Notes: generated by a model from the sequence alone, not told the origin. Counted from the whole stretch's first letter, positions 11,465-25,400 are shown. The stretch: DNA of 63,564 nt, filler included, from Reclinomonas americana ATCC 50394 (GCA_048213135.1; 16 parts of 13 records of this genome joined end to end with filler, not necessarily neighbours in it); one strand, 5' to 3'. Program-made: numbers and translations.

Positions 11465-14400
11465 TCACTGAATCTCGTGCAGCACTCTCGTAGTGCAAGA
11501 CACAGTTAGCTCTAGATGGTCAGTCGTTGGAGGGCGACGCTTGTTGCTCGATGGGGACACCACAGCAGCGTCGCTGGGCGGCGGACAGTTCTCATCAGTG
11601 GTGCGGCGCGCCTCGGCAGCAACTGTAGGTGCCGCGCACTTGGCCGGTGGTGGTGGTGGTGGTGGTGGCGTGACTGGAGCCACAGCACGTGTGGAGCTGT
11701 CGGTCTGCTGATTGTCGACGAGAAGAACGCACAGTGGGTGCGCCAGCGCTTGCATGGCCGTCAAGCGGCCCTCTGGCCGGGCCACAAGTAGCTTGGACAC
11801 GAGATCGTACCCGTACTTCATCGTCGCGGATCCAATGCGGTCGGCTTCCTGTTTCACCACACAAAGCAGCGCCGCAGCAAGCTGCAGTGGCGGCTCGTCA
11901 TCAAGCTCAAGTGCGCGAACATCTGCTTCCACCAACACCTCGGCAATGGTGATGCCTGCGCTCCACATGTCGGTTGCAAAAGACCACTGCCACTCTAGAT
12001 CTGCACTCTCGATGGTCTCTGGTGCCTGTGGTGGAGACAACAGTGAGAATTCATCACTCCACGAACATGACGTATCGGCAACAAATCACTGTGCGCACCA
12101 AATATCGCTTGGTTCCAGCAGGAGTACGCAAGCGCTGACCGTCAACCCGAGTGGCGTGCGCCCAGTCCAGAAGCACACACATCCGCGTTTGACGGGAGAA
12201 TGCCGCATTGTCCAATTTCACATCGCGATGAACGTAGCCCCGATGAGCCGCATACGCAAGTGCACGCAGCAGGCCCATCGTAAACGCCCGCTTCTCCTCG
12301 TCAGTGCCAGGCTTGTCGCGTCCGTAGAACGGCATCGTGAAACCAGTCCAGGGCATGGAAGGTGACGGATGCGGCCCCGCTCGTAGGATAGTGGGCAGAT
12401 GTGGAAACAAGTTCGACTCCAGCTCATCCAGAACGCGCACCTCGTGCTGTATCTGGCGACCATCATAGGCGTCGACCTCGTGCGATCGATCGCCGTCGAT
12501 CTTGAGCCACTTTGTCACGATGCCCAACGCTGCACACACATGCAAAGAGTCAGCACCACACCGCCGTGCGGGAGCCAAACAAACAAATTCAAACAAACAT
12601 TGCCGCCAGCAATACCTTTGTTGTAGACAACTGTAACCTCATCGCGCACCGCGTAAAGGTTCACCATGTCGACAAGTCGCTGACGCTCAACACTCTCAAC
12701 CGCGCCACGGGCTCGATTGTGGGGTGTGTTGGTTGTGTTGCTGTTCTTGTCGGTGCGGAAAAAGTAGTGGGTTTTGTCACATTGGACGGGCGTGATCGAC
12801 GGCAAAGTTTCCCAGTAACCCTCGGCCTCCTCTCCTGCGTGAACTGCCTCGCTTGCTGATCGAGCGCCAGCATCCTCGCGCAGTGGTTGACTCAAACTGT
12901 GGGTGTGTCGGCACGTCCACAGGATCTTCATCAACGCCTCCACCAACGACGACGCAGTTGGCTCTGTCGGAACAAGTCAGTAGAATGTGTGTGACAACAC
13001 TGCAGTAGCAGTACTCACCAAGGGCGGGAATCCACGTTCCTACCACAGACACCAGCACACGCACTGGATCACCTCGTCTGCTGGCCGCGCGCAGCCGGAA
13101 GCAAAGGATCGACAGACTGTCGGCCGTCATCAAAAATCCAAATGTACGCAGCTGATGGCGCATGCTCGCCGGTGTGGTTTCTGCCAAGTCAATCAAACAG
13201 GCCGCAGCGCCCATGATGACCTTGACAACGTCCTTGTGCGTTGCATCGGCAGCAAACGCGATTTGGAGCATCTGCGCCAGCGTGTGGTACTCGCACGACT
13301 CCAAGCTCCACTTGAGAGCGCGTTCCGGACGCGTCAGCTGCTCGTCGAAATCAATGTTGGTGCCCCACTGCAACCTGGTCATGCGAAACTGCTAAGTCAC
13401 AACGAAGACACACACAGACGAGCGTAGCTACGTACCACTCGCGCCAGCGAGAAACGTCGACTGTAGTCGGCATCGGACCCGTCCAGCACTCAGCAGTGCA
13501 CAGAGTGGGCCCGGCTGCTCCAGAAATCGTCGCGTCGGGTCGCGTAGTGGCCTGCGTCCTGTCTTCGTACTGCACAACTGTCCCGGCAACAGAGAAGGCA
13601 TTGAAGATGCCACTGAACTGGTTGATTGTCACAGTGTTTTCCGACAGGTTGTACGCGGGACATGCATCTATTTTGTTCCATGTTCTTTCCCAACCAGGCC
13701 AATCATAGGGCTTCTGCAACAGTAGCACGGTTCATAATACCACCCGTGGTTCCCTTCAAAGGCGTTCAAGTGCATCGCATACCTGCGCCGCTGCAGAGGA
13801 GGAACCGCCTGCACCACTCGAGTCGACAACCTCTTCTTCCGCCCCTGCGGCGTGTGTGACACCCTGCGTATGATCGGGTTGCGGTGAAGAGGTATGTCTC
13901 AAACACGGAAGAACAAGTACGAAGTAGTGTACCGTCGCAGCTGCTGCAGAAGATGAGGAACCTCCGGTTGCATCATCCTGCAGGAAGGCAACGTACAAAA
14001 AAGTAGTGCGCGTCAGAAAGCAAATAAGACTGCTCAGTCGGCGGTCTTTGCGACACACCTCGAATCTGGGTTCGATGGCGCGAGGGCTGCCGCCGCCATC
14101 CGTGGGATCTGTAGCAGGCGGCAGCGAGGCACCTTTGACTCGGATGAACGCGTACCGCCAACGCCAGTTCAGTGCCCAAAACCAGAACCGGCGCACTCCA
14201 TCACACATGGCATTCATCACGTCATGTTCCTGCGAAGGCTGCAACCGTGCTTTGTAGCTGGGCGAACTGCAAACAGATACACAGCGAAAGGTCAGCATTG
14301 TGCGTGAAGAGAGAGAGGGAGAGAGAGAGAGAGATACGCACAGAAAATCGACGGCAGACAGGTCTTTTGCTTCTCGGCAGACCTCGTTGAAAATCTTGAC

Positions 14401-14860
14401 TTGGCCGCTCTGCGGCAGTAATTGGCAAAGAACCAAATCCTTGGTCTCATCCAAGTCGAAAACAGCCCAATCATCAGGAAGGACTTCCGGAATCAGGCAC
14501 TGGCTGCCGGCCGCATGCAAGAGGCGAGCAGCAATAGGCATAAGGCCGCTGAGAAAGGCTGCGGAGGATGATAGAGGAAAGAGGAGGAGTGAGAAGAGAG
14601 AGTAGATAAAACACACGGTCGCGAGGAGGTGGCACGCAACAAATCATGGTCTGCTCGCGGAGAACAAGAGGGTTGCTGCCCTTCATCGACTCGTAGTATT
14701 GGAGTCGGCGATACACTGCCTGTACACGCAGGTGGTGGTGGCGAAAGAGTTGCATGTACGCCGCCCACTCTGGAAGCAGCTGCGCGAACATGTTCCGGTC
14801 AATGTCGCCTCCAGGGAGGATTGACTCGTCGTTTCTTTCTGTGCCGCCGCCCAAACAGAG
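11465..14860 (-). CDS. Ser/Thr protein kinase with long uncharacterised N-terminal region; 5' end not resolved
   Basis: VTKW, HEVRVL, YVHRDVKLDN, LLDWAHA, GTKRYL|APE, DMWSAG and DLVSKLL..RPEGRLTAMQALAHP; upstream exons join in frame via GT-AG introns. Confidence 0.8.
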
Positions 14861-14964
14861 AGTGAGAAGAGAGAGAGAGAGAGAGAATGACAGTCATGAG
14901 ACTGTGGAAACACCGCACCGCGAGGCGCCTCGAGCTCGCCCGTGGGCAGGAAACCGACCATTCG

Positions 14965-15088
14965 CTCAGCCTCTTGTCGCCGCCTCTCGGCCTCTTGTCG
15001 CTGCCTCTCGGCCTCTTCTATGGCCCCGGCAAAAAGCGCGCGCTGCCTCTCGGTCTCTTGTCGCTGCCTCTCGGTCTCTTGTCGCAGC
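14965..15088. repeat. ~21-bp tandem repeat
   Basis: About 5 copies of ctcttgtcgctgcctctcgg(c/t) at a contig end. Confidence 0.75.
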
Positions 15089-16651
15089 CNNNNNNNNNNN
15101 NNNNNNNNNNNNNNNNNNNNNNNNNNNNNNNNNTTAATTAATTAANNNNNNNNNNNNNNNNNNNNNNNNNNNNNNNNNNNNNNNNNNNNGTTGGCGATCA
15201 CTGGTAGATGCTCATTGTTGTGTATGGATCAGTGAAGTTTCTATTATTATTATTATTTTTGTTGCTTGTTTGTTGGTGAATGAATTTGTTGTTGTTGTGC
15301 AAAAAAAATCGGAAGTCAGCCTTCCGCTGTACGCACAGGAAGCAAACTTGCCTCCCGTCGTACTCGAGATCGTGCAATAGCTTCAAACGTACGCTGCTCG
15401 CAAACGGCCACTGCGCCGAAGTGCTTCGAAATTCGAATTCGATATTCATCTCTTAGCCCAGTTGTTCCGCCAACGCAACCCTTTAAGCTCGGCGACCGAC
15501 GTGCAACAACACAGGTCCTTGCGCGAGAAAAAATGGCCTTTGCAATTGGTGTGTCTCGACGTTCAGCAAAACTTCGGACGAATGGACAAACGCGGTCCGT
15601 CAAATATCACACGCACACACGAGACGCACTCAGGAGCCCTCTCTCCCTTGCACACACACACCCTCCCACCTCACCTCTCTCTCAGTGTGCACGTGTGTGT
15701 GTGTGTGTCTCGCAACCACAAAGCATTACTCTTTGTGCGCGCGCGCGCAAGTGAACCGGTCTGATTTCGAGAGCCGTTGGGTCCTCTCCTCACGCGCGCG
15801 CTCTCTCTCTCTTTGACTCGAACGCTGTGTGTGTGTGTGTTACAAGGTACGTGCATCAGTCACGGCACTGCATCAGCATGAGTGCGAGAAGAAAACTCTG
15901 TGAGCGAGAAAACAAGTGCCTCTGGCTCACGCGCGCGCAATATGACACGCACTCTTCGCGCACAATGAGAGAGAGAGAGAGAGAGAAAGAGAGACTCGAC
16001 TTCCTGGCGCGCTTTATCCTTCGCCTTTGCACACTTTGTGCACTCATTCACTTGCACACGCACGGCCACCCAAGCATACACACTCTCTCTTTCTCTCTCT
16101 CTTTCAATCTCTGTCTCTCTCTCACTCTCTCTCTCTCTCTCATGCGTACTCAGTCGCTCAGTTGCAGTCCCTCGGACTCTGTCTCTAAAACACGCAGTCG
16201 TTCGCTCACTCTCGCCTTGCTCCATCACTCTCTCCCCTCCTCTCTCTCTCTCTGTCTCTCTCTCTCCCACACTCTCATTCTCTCCTGTCATGCTGTTCCT
16301 CCACTCTTCTTCGCTCTTCCCTTTGCACCCTTCTTCCCTCCGCCCTTCTCTCTCCGTGCACTCTCTTCTTCACACTGCCCTTCACTGCCCTTCATTCCCC
16401 TCTTCCACCCGTGTCGCTCTTCCCTTGCACCATGCCACCGTTATTCTCTCTCCTCTTCACTGCACTCTCTCACTCTCTCTCTCTCACCGTTCCCATCATC
16501 CACTCTTCGCTCTCACCTCCCATCGCCTTCTCTCTTCTTCATGTTGCCCAAGACTCCTCTCTCACTCCCTTCACTCTCCCCTTCAATTCTCTCTCCCTTC
16601 CACCTCCCCTCACTCACCCTTCCCTTCCCTCTCTACCCTCTCCAGCTCCCC

Positions 16652-19600
16652 ATGTCCGCCCGCCTCCTCCACCCGCACATCGCCCTCCGCGGTGGCGGCT
16701 GCGCACACTCGACGCAGCGCAGTGGTGCCGCGGCGAACAATGACAACACTGGCGCTGGCGCTGCTGCGGCGTCGTCTGCTGACGGTGACAAGCGCAGAGG
16801 CGGCAGCGTTGTGCCCTTTGCGGGCACGCCGCCCTCGGAAGCAGTGGACACTGACAGCGGTGAGTGTGCGGAGGAGAAGGGGGTGATTGTGCAGTCGGTG
16901 TCTCATTGTTCGAGCAGAGAAATGGCACAATCTGGCTGCCACGGGCGACGGACCGTCTCCATCGCCAAAGAGGTTGTTTGATCCGGTGAGTCCTCTCGAA
17001 CAGCTTTATGCTGCACATCGCGTTATTGTCGAGTCGCTGCGCTTCGCTCGCTCCCCTTGAATTTTTCGTGGTCGCATGGTCGCTGCGTTTCGGTTGTGTC
17101 CTCCAAGTCGCTGCGCTTCGCTCGCTCCCCTTTTATTCTCGCGTGTGGGATACCTTGCGTTTGTTGTGTCGCTCCGTCTTGTTGGCTGTGTAAGGCCTCT
17201 GCTGTCGCGTTGTCGTTGAGTCGCTGCGCTTTGCTCGCTCCGTTGGATATCTGTCTTGCGGGAAGCAATTTCGCTCTTCCCTTCTATTGTTCCTGCTTAG
17301 TCGCTGCGCTTCGCTCGCTCCGTTTTATATCTGTCTTGCTGGCAGCAAGGTCTCTCTTCTCTTGTCTCGTGTCTGCTGAGTCGCTGCGCTTCGCTCGCTC
17401 CCCTTGGTTTCTTCCGTGCGTAAGCAAGGCCTCTCTCTTTCCTTCTGTTGTTGCGCTGAGTCGCTGCGCTTCGCTCGCTCCCCTCTGGCTCCCGCGACCT
17501 GCTCACCGCCACCCTCTTCTCCCACAACAGTCCCCCTCCTCCGTTCCCACCCGCGTCTCCCCCGTCGAAACCCGCGGCTCCCCAACCTCCGCCCAGTTCC
17601 TCGCCAATGGCCACTCCCACCCCAACTCCCACCCTGCCTCCCACCCCACTTCCCACCCAGCATCGTACCCGAGTTCCTATCCGACATCCCACCCTCTCTC
17701 GCAAAAGATCGCTCGCTACCAAGCACGCTGGGTGAGCGAGGGTGCCGCCCGCGGTCGATCCCCTGTTTGCGACGTGTTTGGCAGTGTGCTGGTGAGTGGA
17801 GCGCTGATGGTCACGACGTGCTTCTTTTAGTGCTCACACTGCTCGTCATGTACAGGTCCCACTGCTGGCGAATCAGAGCAGTGCCGAGTACATGCATGGA
17901 GCGGAGGTTGCTGTGGATGCACTGGAGTTGGTGCACACGTTTTTGGATTCTGCAGAGCACACAGTTGCGTCGGTGGATGTGAAGGGATGCTTGCTGCTGA
18001 GCTTTCTCTGCGTTCCATTTCGTGCACGCTGCCTGCTCTTGGGGACAGATTTCAGTGTTTTGAATGCAATGCGAATCTCCTTCGTCACTGCTCTCTCCTT
18101 TCCTCTTCTTGTCTCTCGGATTGTATCCATCATGTCTGCTCTACGATTCCTCGTGCTCTGGTCTGTTTCAGCGGTTCCACCATCTGCGCGCGGTCGCCGT
18201 ATCTTGTCCCATCGTGCCCTCTTCCGCTCTACGTCTTATCAAACTTTTCCCGTGGTTCAGAAACGATTGTGCCTGATGAATCACCTTTGCTATGGGATCC
18301 ACCTGCTCTGTTCTTTTTATCCTTTCCCTCCATTCCTCTCCCTCTCCCTCGCCCTCACCTTTCCCCTCCCCCTCCGCAGTTCCTCCGCGTGGTCGGCCTC
18401 CCCGGCTCCGGCAAAACCACCCTCCTCCGCCAAACCCTCTCCCGGGTGTGCGACCAATCAGCCATCCCCGTCATCGCCATCTACATTGAATGGGCGCATA
18501 TTCGCGCCGCCAGCATGCTCCCTAATTCGTTCATGTCGGCGCTGCTCGAATTTGCCGATTTTGATGCTGCAGAGGTGCGCGCTGTACACGTCACTGCCAC
18601 TGCCTTTGCTCTCTCTCTTCCCTCTCTCATCGACGACACAGATTGCCGAACTGCAACAATCACCACACACGTACGTGATCGCCATTGACGACGCAGTAGG
18701 CGGTGCGGCGGCGGCCGACATGTTTGCCGAGCAGCATTTGGAGGTACGGGCGATGCTTCTGCAAAGGCGAGCCACTCGTGTTTGCTGACTGCTGTGCGCA
18801 GAGATGGGGTCGCGTACATGTGCTCATATCGTCGACGTTTATGGGCTCACACCCTGTCGACATCAAGGGCGAGTTGATGTGTGCACTGAGACCACTCTCC
18901 GATGATCAGGTGTATGCGTTCATCAAGCGGTGAGTCGAGGATGGGGAAGTGGTTGAGAGAGTAGAGAGGAGAGGCAAATTTCCCTCGCTCTCCACGTGTG
19001 GGACCATCCTTTTCACTGCTGTTTCTTTATCACCTTTTCCCAAAGGCACAGCAATTTGTCTGTGCACTCTGATGTCGGTGCATGTATCTTTTCTTTTATC
19101 ATGATTTGCAGACTCCTCTTTTCCGGTTTGTTTCTCCTTGCGGTCTCAATTCGTCTGTTCTTCACAAATTTATCATCTCTGTTTCTTTGTTGCTTCGATT
19201 TTGCTCGCCTCTCTAGTGCTCTCCTCTGGATTCATGGTCATGACCATTCTCTGCCTTTTCACCTCCTTGTTGCTTTCTTTCTTGCTCACCTCTCTCGTGC
19301 CTCCACTCTGTATCTTCCCTTGTTGATACTTTCTTGCTCACCTCACTCGTCTCCGTGTATTTGTTTGTCCCTATTCCTTGCGTCTTCGCCTCCTTGTTGC
19401 TGTCTTTTGGTCATCTCTCTTGTGCCCTCCTCTGCATCGCTGCTCTCTGAGCCTTACCTCCTTGCTGTCCGTTCTTTCTTTGAGTTTATCTCTCTTGTGC
19501 CCTCCTCTGGTTTTCTCGGCCTTCTCTTCTTTGTACTTCTTCACCTCCTTGTTGCTCTCTTCCTTGCTCACCTCCCTTTTGCCCTTCTCGCAGCCTCCCA

Positions 19601-22207
19601 CCACAACTGCGCGTCGAATGGGAGGATCTCGACTCACTGCCCCGGTTGCGAACATTTGCCTCGACGGTGCGTCTCATCGCACTCACCTCCCGTGCCTCCC
19701 CACCCGCCGCTCACCCTCCTCCGCACAGCCCCTAACCCTCACGCTCATTGTGTGCGCACTGGAAGCACTGCGCAACACGGATCTGCGCTCGTGGAAGGAC
19801 TCGCAAAAAGTGGTGCGATGGCACCTGTACGAGGCCTTTTTCCAGTGGTGGCACACGAATGAGGATGGGTGGCAGGCGTTGGATTCGGTGAGTGGTTGAA
19901 TGGGGGAAGGGAGAGAGGGAGAGGAAAGGACGAGACAGAGTGGGGTGCGTTCGTGTTTATGCTCTGTGAAGAACAGACTGCAGAAGAGAGAAGCGGGAAA
20001 GAGAGGGTTGGCGTTCGTGTGTGGATGTTTTAAACAGCACCCTGTCGTGCACAGTGAGTATCGCCAAAAGCTGAGGAGATAGTGATGATTCAAGGTTGTC
20101 CTTTTGTGAGTGCATCCGTGCGTGTGCAGACTAGCGACGTGAGACAGAGGGCTAGTAGCGACGTTCCAGAGAGTGAGCGCAGAGTTTGTGGATTCGTGTG
20201 CCTTCGTGTCCGTGCTTGTTTCGTGCGTGGTGTAGAATAGAGAGCTGAAGAGAAGAGCGGGAAAGCGAGGAAGCGTGAGCGGAGAGCGGAAGATGATTAT
20301 GGATTCTTGTGCCTTCGTGTCCGTGCTTGTTCGTTTGTGGTGTAGAATAGAAAGCTGAAGAGAAGAGCGGGAAAGCGAGGAAGCATGAGCGGAGAGCGAA
20401 AGATGATTGTAGACTTGTGGCATTCTGTGCGTTCTTGTTTTTCTGGGCAGAGTGGAACGAAGGGGCGAGAGAAACATGAAGAGAAAGTCAGATGCGAATG
20501 TTTTTGCTCACTTCCCTTTCCCTTGCCTCTCGCAGCACTTTGTGGACGAGGAAGGCACCATGGCCGAGATTCTCGAGTCAATATGCTCGCGTCTAGCCAT
20601 AGCCATGCACGCCGCCAATGTGACGTCGATTCGCCGAGTGGTGCGTGACTTGCAGCTCGTCCCATTTCACGTCGTTTCATTGCTCACTCGCGTGAGCACA
20701 GCTCGAGCCACAAGTACGCGATGCGGAAGCCACTTTGCGAGAGGCAGAACTGCAGGTGAGAGGCTTTGTGTGTGCATGCTGTAGCCGGCTCAGCAATTAC
20801 CAGCTTGTCTTTTAATGTCGTCTGCTTTGATCTTCTGGGATCGATTCTCCCTTTTCTGTCTTATTCCCTGGCCTTCGTCTCCTCCATATCCTTATTGCTC
20901 ATTTCCTATCCAGTTCACATCTCACTTTCCAAGTCTGTCGCTTCTCTCCTTCCTCCTTGTTCGTGCTTTCATCACGCAACATACCGTTTTCCCTTCCCTC
21001 GTCCGCGCTCCCCTCTACTCTCTTTTCTCACCATTGTATGAAACAGAGAGATGAGAAAGAGAGAGAGAAAGAAACAGCGAGAGTACAGAAGAACACGTTT
21101 CCCCCACCTCTGCCAAGACGACAGTGAAAGCAAGCGTCACGACGCAGAGACACACTCTGAGAAAGGGAAAGATAGACAATGCTCGGTCGCCCTTCCCCAT
21201 GTCCTTTAGCTTCCTACCTGTACCTGCATCTTTATCTCTCTTCGCCTCATCTTCCTTCTTCCCATCTCCCGTCTCCTCTTTCTTTCTCCACATTTGCCAC
21301 ATCCATTTCCCTGTCTCTTCATATCCGTTGCCTTGTCGCTTTCTCACTCACAGCTTTCCCCTCGCCTTCCTTCCCCTCGTCTTTCTTGTCCTCATCTCTT
21401 CTCCCCTCACATCCCTTCTCCTCACCTTCTTCTCCGCGCCTCCTTCTCCGCACCTCCTTCTCCTCACCTCCTTCTCCTCACCTCCTTCTCCTCACCTCCT
21501 TCTCCTCACCTCCCCTCCCCTCATCTCCCTTCCCCTCCTCTCATCTCCCTTCCCCTCATCTCCCTTCTCCCCAACGCAGGGCTCGGTGGGCGCCCCCCTC
21601 GTCACCGCGCTGAAACACGACGTCGGCAAACTGCAAACCAATCACCGCCTCTGGTTCCTCAACCTCTCGTGGCGTGCCACCTACCTCGATCAACTCTCAC
21701 CAGCAGTTGCGTGTTGCGATGCGAAGGCCATGCACCCGCTAGCCACTCATCCTTCTCGCCACAGATTCTCCTGATCCCACGCGCCACTGACGCTTTCGGC
21801 TTTGTACACGACTCTTTCCTGGACTACCTGGTTGCCACCTCCGCACTGGACGCGCTGGAGGCCTGGGTGGACGAGGTACGTGGCGTGGGGCTGATTGTTG
21901 TCTGATCTGCGAAGCTCACCTACTTTTGAATGCACAGACGCGTGACAAGATCGATACGCCGGGGGCCGACGAGAATCTGGCGCAGTCGCCACTGGGATGC
22001 CGACCACTGTCACTTCATGTTGCGTCCGGCGTGAGGCTTGCTGTACATGTTTGTCCAACCTTGTCTCTCTCCCTCTCTTTCACTGTTTGCTCTCGCTCCT
22101 TCTCGCTCTTCGCTCTCTCTGTCTCGCTCTGTCTCTCTATGTCTCTCTCTGAAAGTGATTCTCCCATTCCCCAACTCTTCCTTGCTTGTTTTTCGTCCAT
22201 TTCTGTT

Positions 22208-22259
<52 letters not shown>

Positions 22260-22791
22260 TTCTTTCTCTCTCTCTCTTCCATTTCCCGTCATCTTTCTTT
22301 GGTCGTAATTGATTGATTCTGTTCTGTTCTGTATCTCAACGTATCCATCTCCCCTCCCTATTGTGCACTCATTCCCCTTCTCCCGTTCCCCCTTCTCCCG
22401 TTCCCCCTTCCCATCCTGCAGCACCCCACCACCGCCTTCCTCGCCGACACCGTCTGGGACGGCATACCCGGCACCGTCTCCGCCGTCGGTCGCGAAATGA
22501 TTGCCCTCCTCCGCACCGGCCGCAAGGAGTCTCGTCGGGAAGCACTGGACGTCGTCGTGCAAAACATCCTCAACGGTAATTCGCATCTGTGGTTTTACAA
22601 GTCCCTGTTCAACATTGTTGACTGATCCACCCCCTCTCCCTCTCCTCTTTTTTTTGTGGATTCTCTCTCTCTCTCTCTCTCTTGTCTCTCGNNNNNNNNN
22701 NNNNNNNNNNNNNNNNNNNNNNNNNNNNNNNNNNNTTAATTAATTAANNNNNNNNNNNNNNNNNNNNNNNNNNNNNNNNNNNNNNNNNNNN

Positions 22792-22837
<46 letters not shown>

Positions 22838-24393
22838 CCCTCCCTCCCCTTCTCCCTCCTTCCCCTTCTCCCTCCCTTCCCCCTTCTCCCCCTTCTCCCC
22901 CTTTTCCACCCTCCCTTCCCCCTCCCCGCAGTCCTCACCCTGGCCCTCGACCAAGCCACCCTGCGCGCCGACTGGCCCCTCGTGCGCCTGCTGACCACCG
23001 GCACCTCGGGCGGCTCACCCAACGTACTACAAAAAACAGAGAATCTCGGCGGCGTGCTGCACCTGGCGGCGGCGGCCGGCGACGTTGAAGTGTGCAGTCT
23101 GGTGGTGGAGACCGACCCGGCGACCGTCAGGTGGCGCAGCCACGGCGATGGGCTGCTGGCGGCGCATCTGGCGGCGCAGGGCGGCCACCACAATGTGCTG
23201 CAGTACCTGCTCTCCCTCGACTCGTCCACGGCCTCGGCACGCGCCGATTCGAATGGCTTCTTGCCGATTCACTGTGCGGTGACGGCCAATAGCGTCGAGT
23301 GCGTCGATCTGTTGCTGACCACGGATCCCGAGTGTGGTCTCGGGCGTGATCGGTCGTACGGAATGACGCCGATGCATATTGCGGCGCATCACGGGCATGC
23401 GAGAGTGATTGAGCGGTTATTGGAGGTGAGTGGGAGGGGAGAAGGGAGAGGGGGGTAAAGGGGGAGGGTTTGGGTGCCTAATTGCCTTCTCCCTTCTCTA
23501 TCCTTGTCCCCTCTCTCTCTTTCTCCATTCTCAACAATTATTGATAGCTGTATCCCTATTCATCTCTTTTCCGTTCTCATTCTTCCTTGCGCTTCTTCTT
23601 CTCCGAGCCGTTCGCTCTTTCCCTTCGTTCCTTTCTCCCTTCATCCGTCCTTCCTTCTCCTTCTCCTCACCCTTCTCCTACTTACCCTTCCCCTCGTTCT
23701 CCTCCTTCTCCTCATTCTTCCGCCACTCACCGCCTTCCCTTTCTTCACAGTCCACCGGCCGCGCCGGCACGGAATCCTGCGACCGCCAACTCTTCCTGCC
23801 CATCCACCTGGCGGCGCTGGCCGGCAAGGAAGACGCCTGCCGCGCACTGCTCGCCGTCAACCCCAACACCGCCATGGCGTGCGGCGTCGGTGCCGTGTCG
23901 CCGCTGCATCTGGCCGCCGCGCAAGGCCACCTCGGACCCGTGCAACTGCTGACGGAAGCGTGCCCGCAGGCGGTTCACATGCGCGACGACGAGCAGCGAT
24001 GGCTGCCGCTGCACTTTGCCGCTTTCAACGGTGCGACAAGTGTGTGCGAGCGATTGCTGTCTCTCGATCCGTCCACGGCGCTTGTGAGGGCGAATGATGG
24101 ATCGTTGCGTGGCTGGGAGGAGAGGGAGAGGGGCAAGGAGTTGAGTGCTCATTCTTTCTCTCTATTCCGCCCACAGACTACCGGTGCACTTGGCCGCCGT
24201 CAAGGGTCACGTCTCGACGGTGAACTGCTTGGTGACTGCCGCTCCCGATTCACTGGCCGTGCGCAGCGACGCGGGTACACCATTAGAGGTGGCACACCAG
24301 GCGCACCAGGATGCCGTTGTGCAACTGTTGCATCGCACGGCCACTGCTCGATTGTTGCGTGGTCTTGTCGGCCTGGTGGTGGTTGTTGAATGA
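16652..24393 (+). CDS. STAND/NACHT-like P-loop NTPase with C-terminal ankyrin repeats (NLR-like architecture), ~18 exons
   Basis: Walker A FLRVVGLPGSGKTT, Walker B YVIAIDD, STPLTLTL, winged-helix motif FGFVHDSFLDYLVA, then about 8 ankyrin repeats (LHLAAAAG, AHLAAQGGH, PIHCAV, TPMHIAAHHGH, PIHLAALAG, SPLHLAAAQGH, PLHFAAFNG, PVHLAAVKGH). The frame continues across the spacer at 22692. Confidence 0.85.
17030..17482 (+). repeat. Intronic array of motif GAGTCGCTGCGCTTCGCTCGCTCC
   Basis: About 7 irregularly spaced copies within intron 2 of the NTPase gene. Confidence 0.85.
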
Positions 24394-24559
24394 TGCTGAC
24401 ATGCTGTTGTATTGTGTACTCGCAGCCGTGTGTGACGAGCCACGAGAATTAGTCTTTGTTCATCGTTGTTTGTTTGTTGTTGTGTAATATTGGTCGTCGA
24501 TGGGCATTAAAGCCCACCTGTCAACATAACCGAGTATGTGGGAGTAGGGTGACGTTTGG

Positions 24560-25400
24560 TATGACGTGGATTGTGCACAGGGACTTCTTTGCGCTCTCAG
24601 TCTGCGTTCTTGGCCATCCGAGCTGCACCTCGCCTCCGGATCGCCGAGGAGTGCTCTCACTCTCCACCCGCAGCTGTTGGCTTCAGCGAGTTGGTCTCCG
24701 TTTTGCACTTTGCAGCTCGGTGTGCAAGCTGCGGTGTGCTCTCAGGCCACCGACTTGGCGGGGAATGCGTCAAGCGTGTGCTCTGCTCTTGGCCTCATGA
24801 TGTGGAACGAAGGAAGGAGATGCTGAGTTACCTCTGGAGACCCGACGCAGCATTCTGGGCGTGCTGCGCTGGCCGCGGACTGCGTTGTCGACATTGAATG
24901 CGGTGCTGCCCCCACCTCTTTGCGGCCACAGATCAATGGAGCTTGTACGGAGATGGATCCTGCTGTTGGATGCAAGCATCTCTGGGAACCTCTGTGGGAG
25001 ACGGCGGCAAGATCATGTGACGGGCGAGACTCTGCGTGAGAACACGCGCCTGGTGAGACACGCACCCGGTGGCACTGCAGGTGCAGATGGTGGCGAGAGA
25101 TCCTGGATACAAGACGTTGGCAGCTGGCTTCCGACACGGTGCCCGGTGAGGGACGCACTGCCTCGGCGGCGCTGCAACTTACCCAGAGTAGCAGACGGTG
25201 GCGACGAGCTGCTGAAACTGTGCATGTTGGCCAGCTGGCAAGAGACGGCGATTCTGCGAGAGCTCACCACCTAACTGCGGTGACACTGCACTTCTTCCAG
25301 TGGACTGAGGCGGACCCGCTTGGGATATCCGTAATCCACTGGAGCATCAGCTTCGAGCTGCAAGCTGTCTCCCGCTCGCGCGCTCTGCATTGAGTGCCAC
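24560..25400 (+). mobile_element. Possible decayed non-LTR retrotransposon fragment
   Basis: Intronless, stop-interrupted coding-like sequence. AELPLETRRSILG, TRLVRH...GSWLP and ADPLG loosely resemble the post-RT region of restriction-endonuclease-type non-LTR elements. No RT catalytic motif seen. Confidence 0.3.

Noticed and set aside
17030..17482. CRISPR-like repeat-spacer array
   Set aside because: Spacing is irregular, repeats are degenerate, the location is a eukaryotic intron and there are no cas genes.
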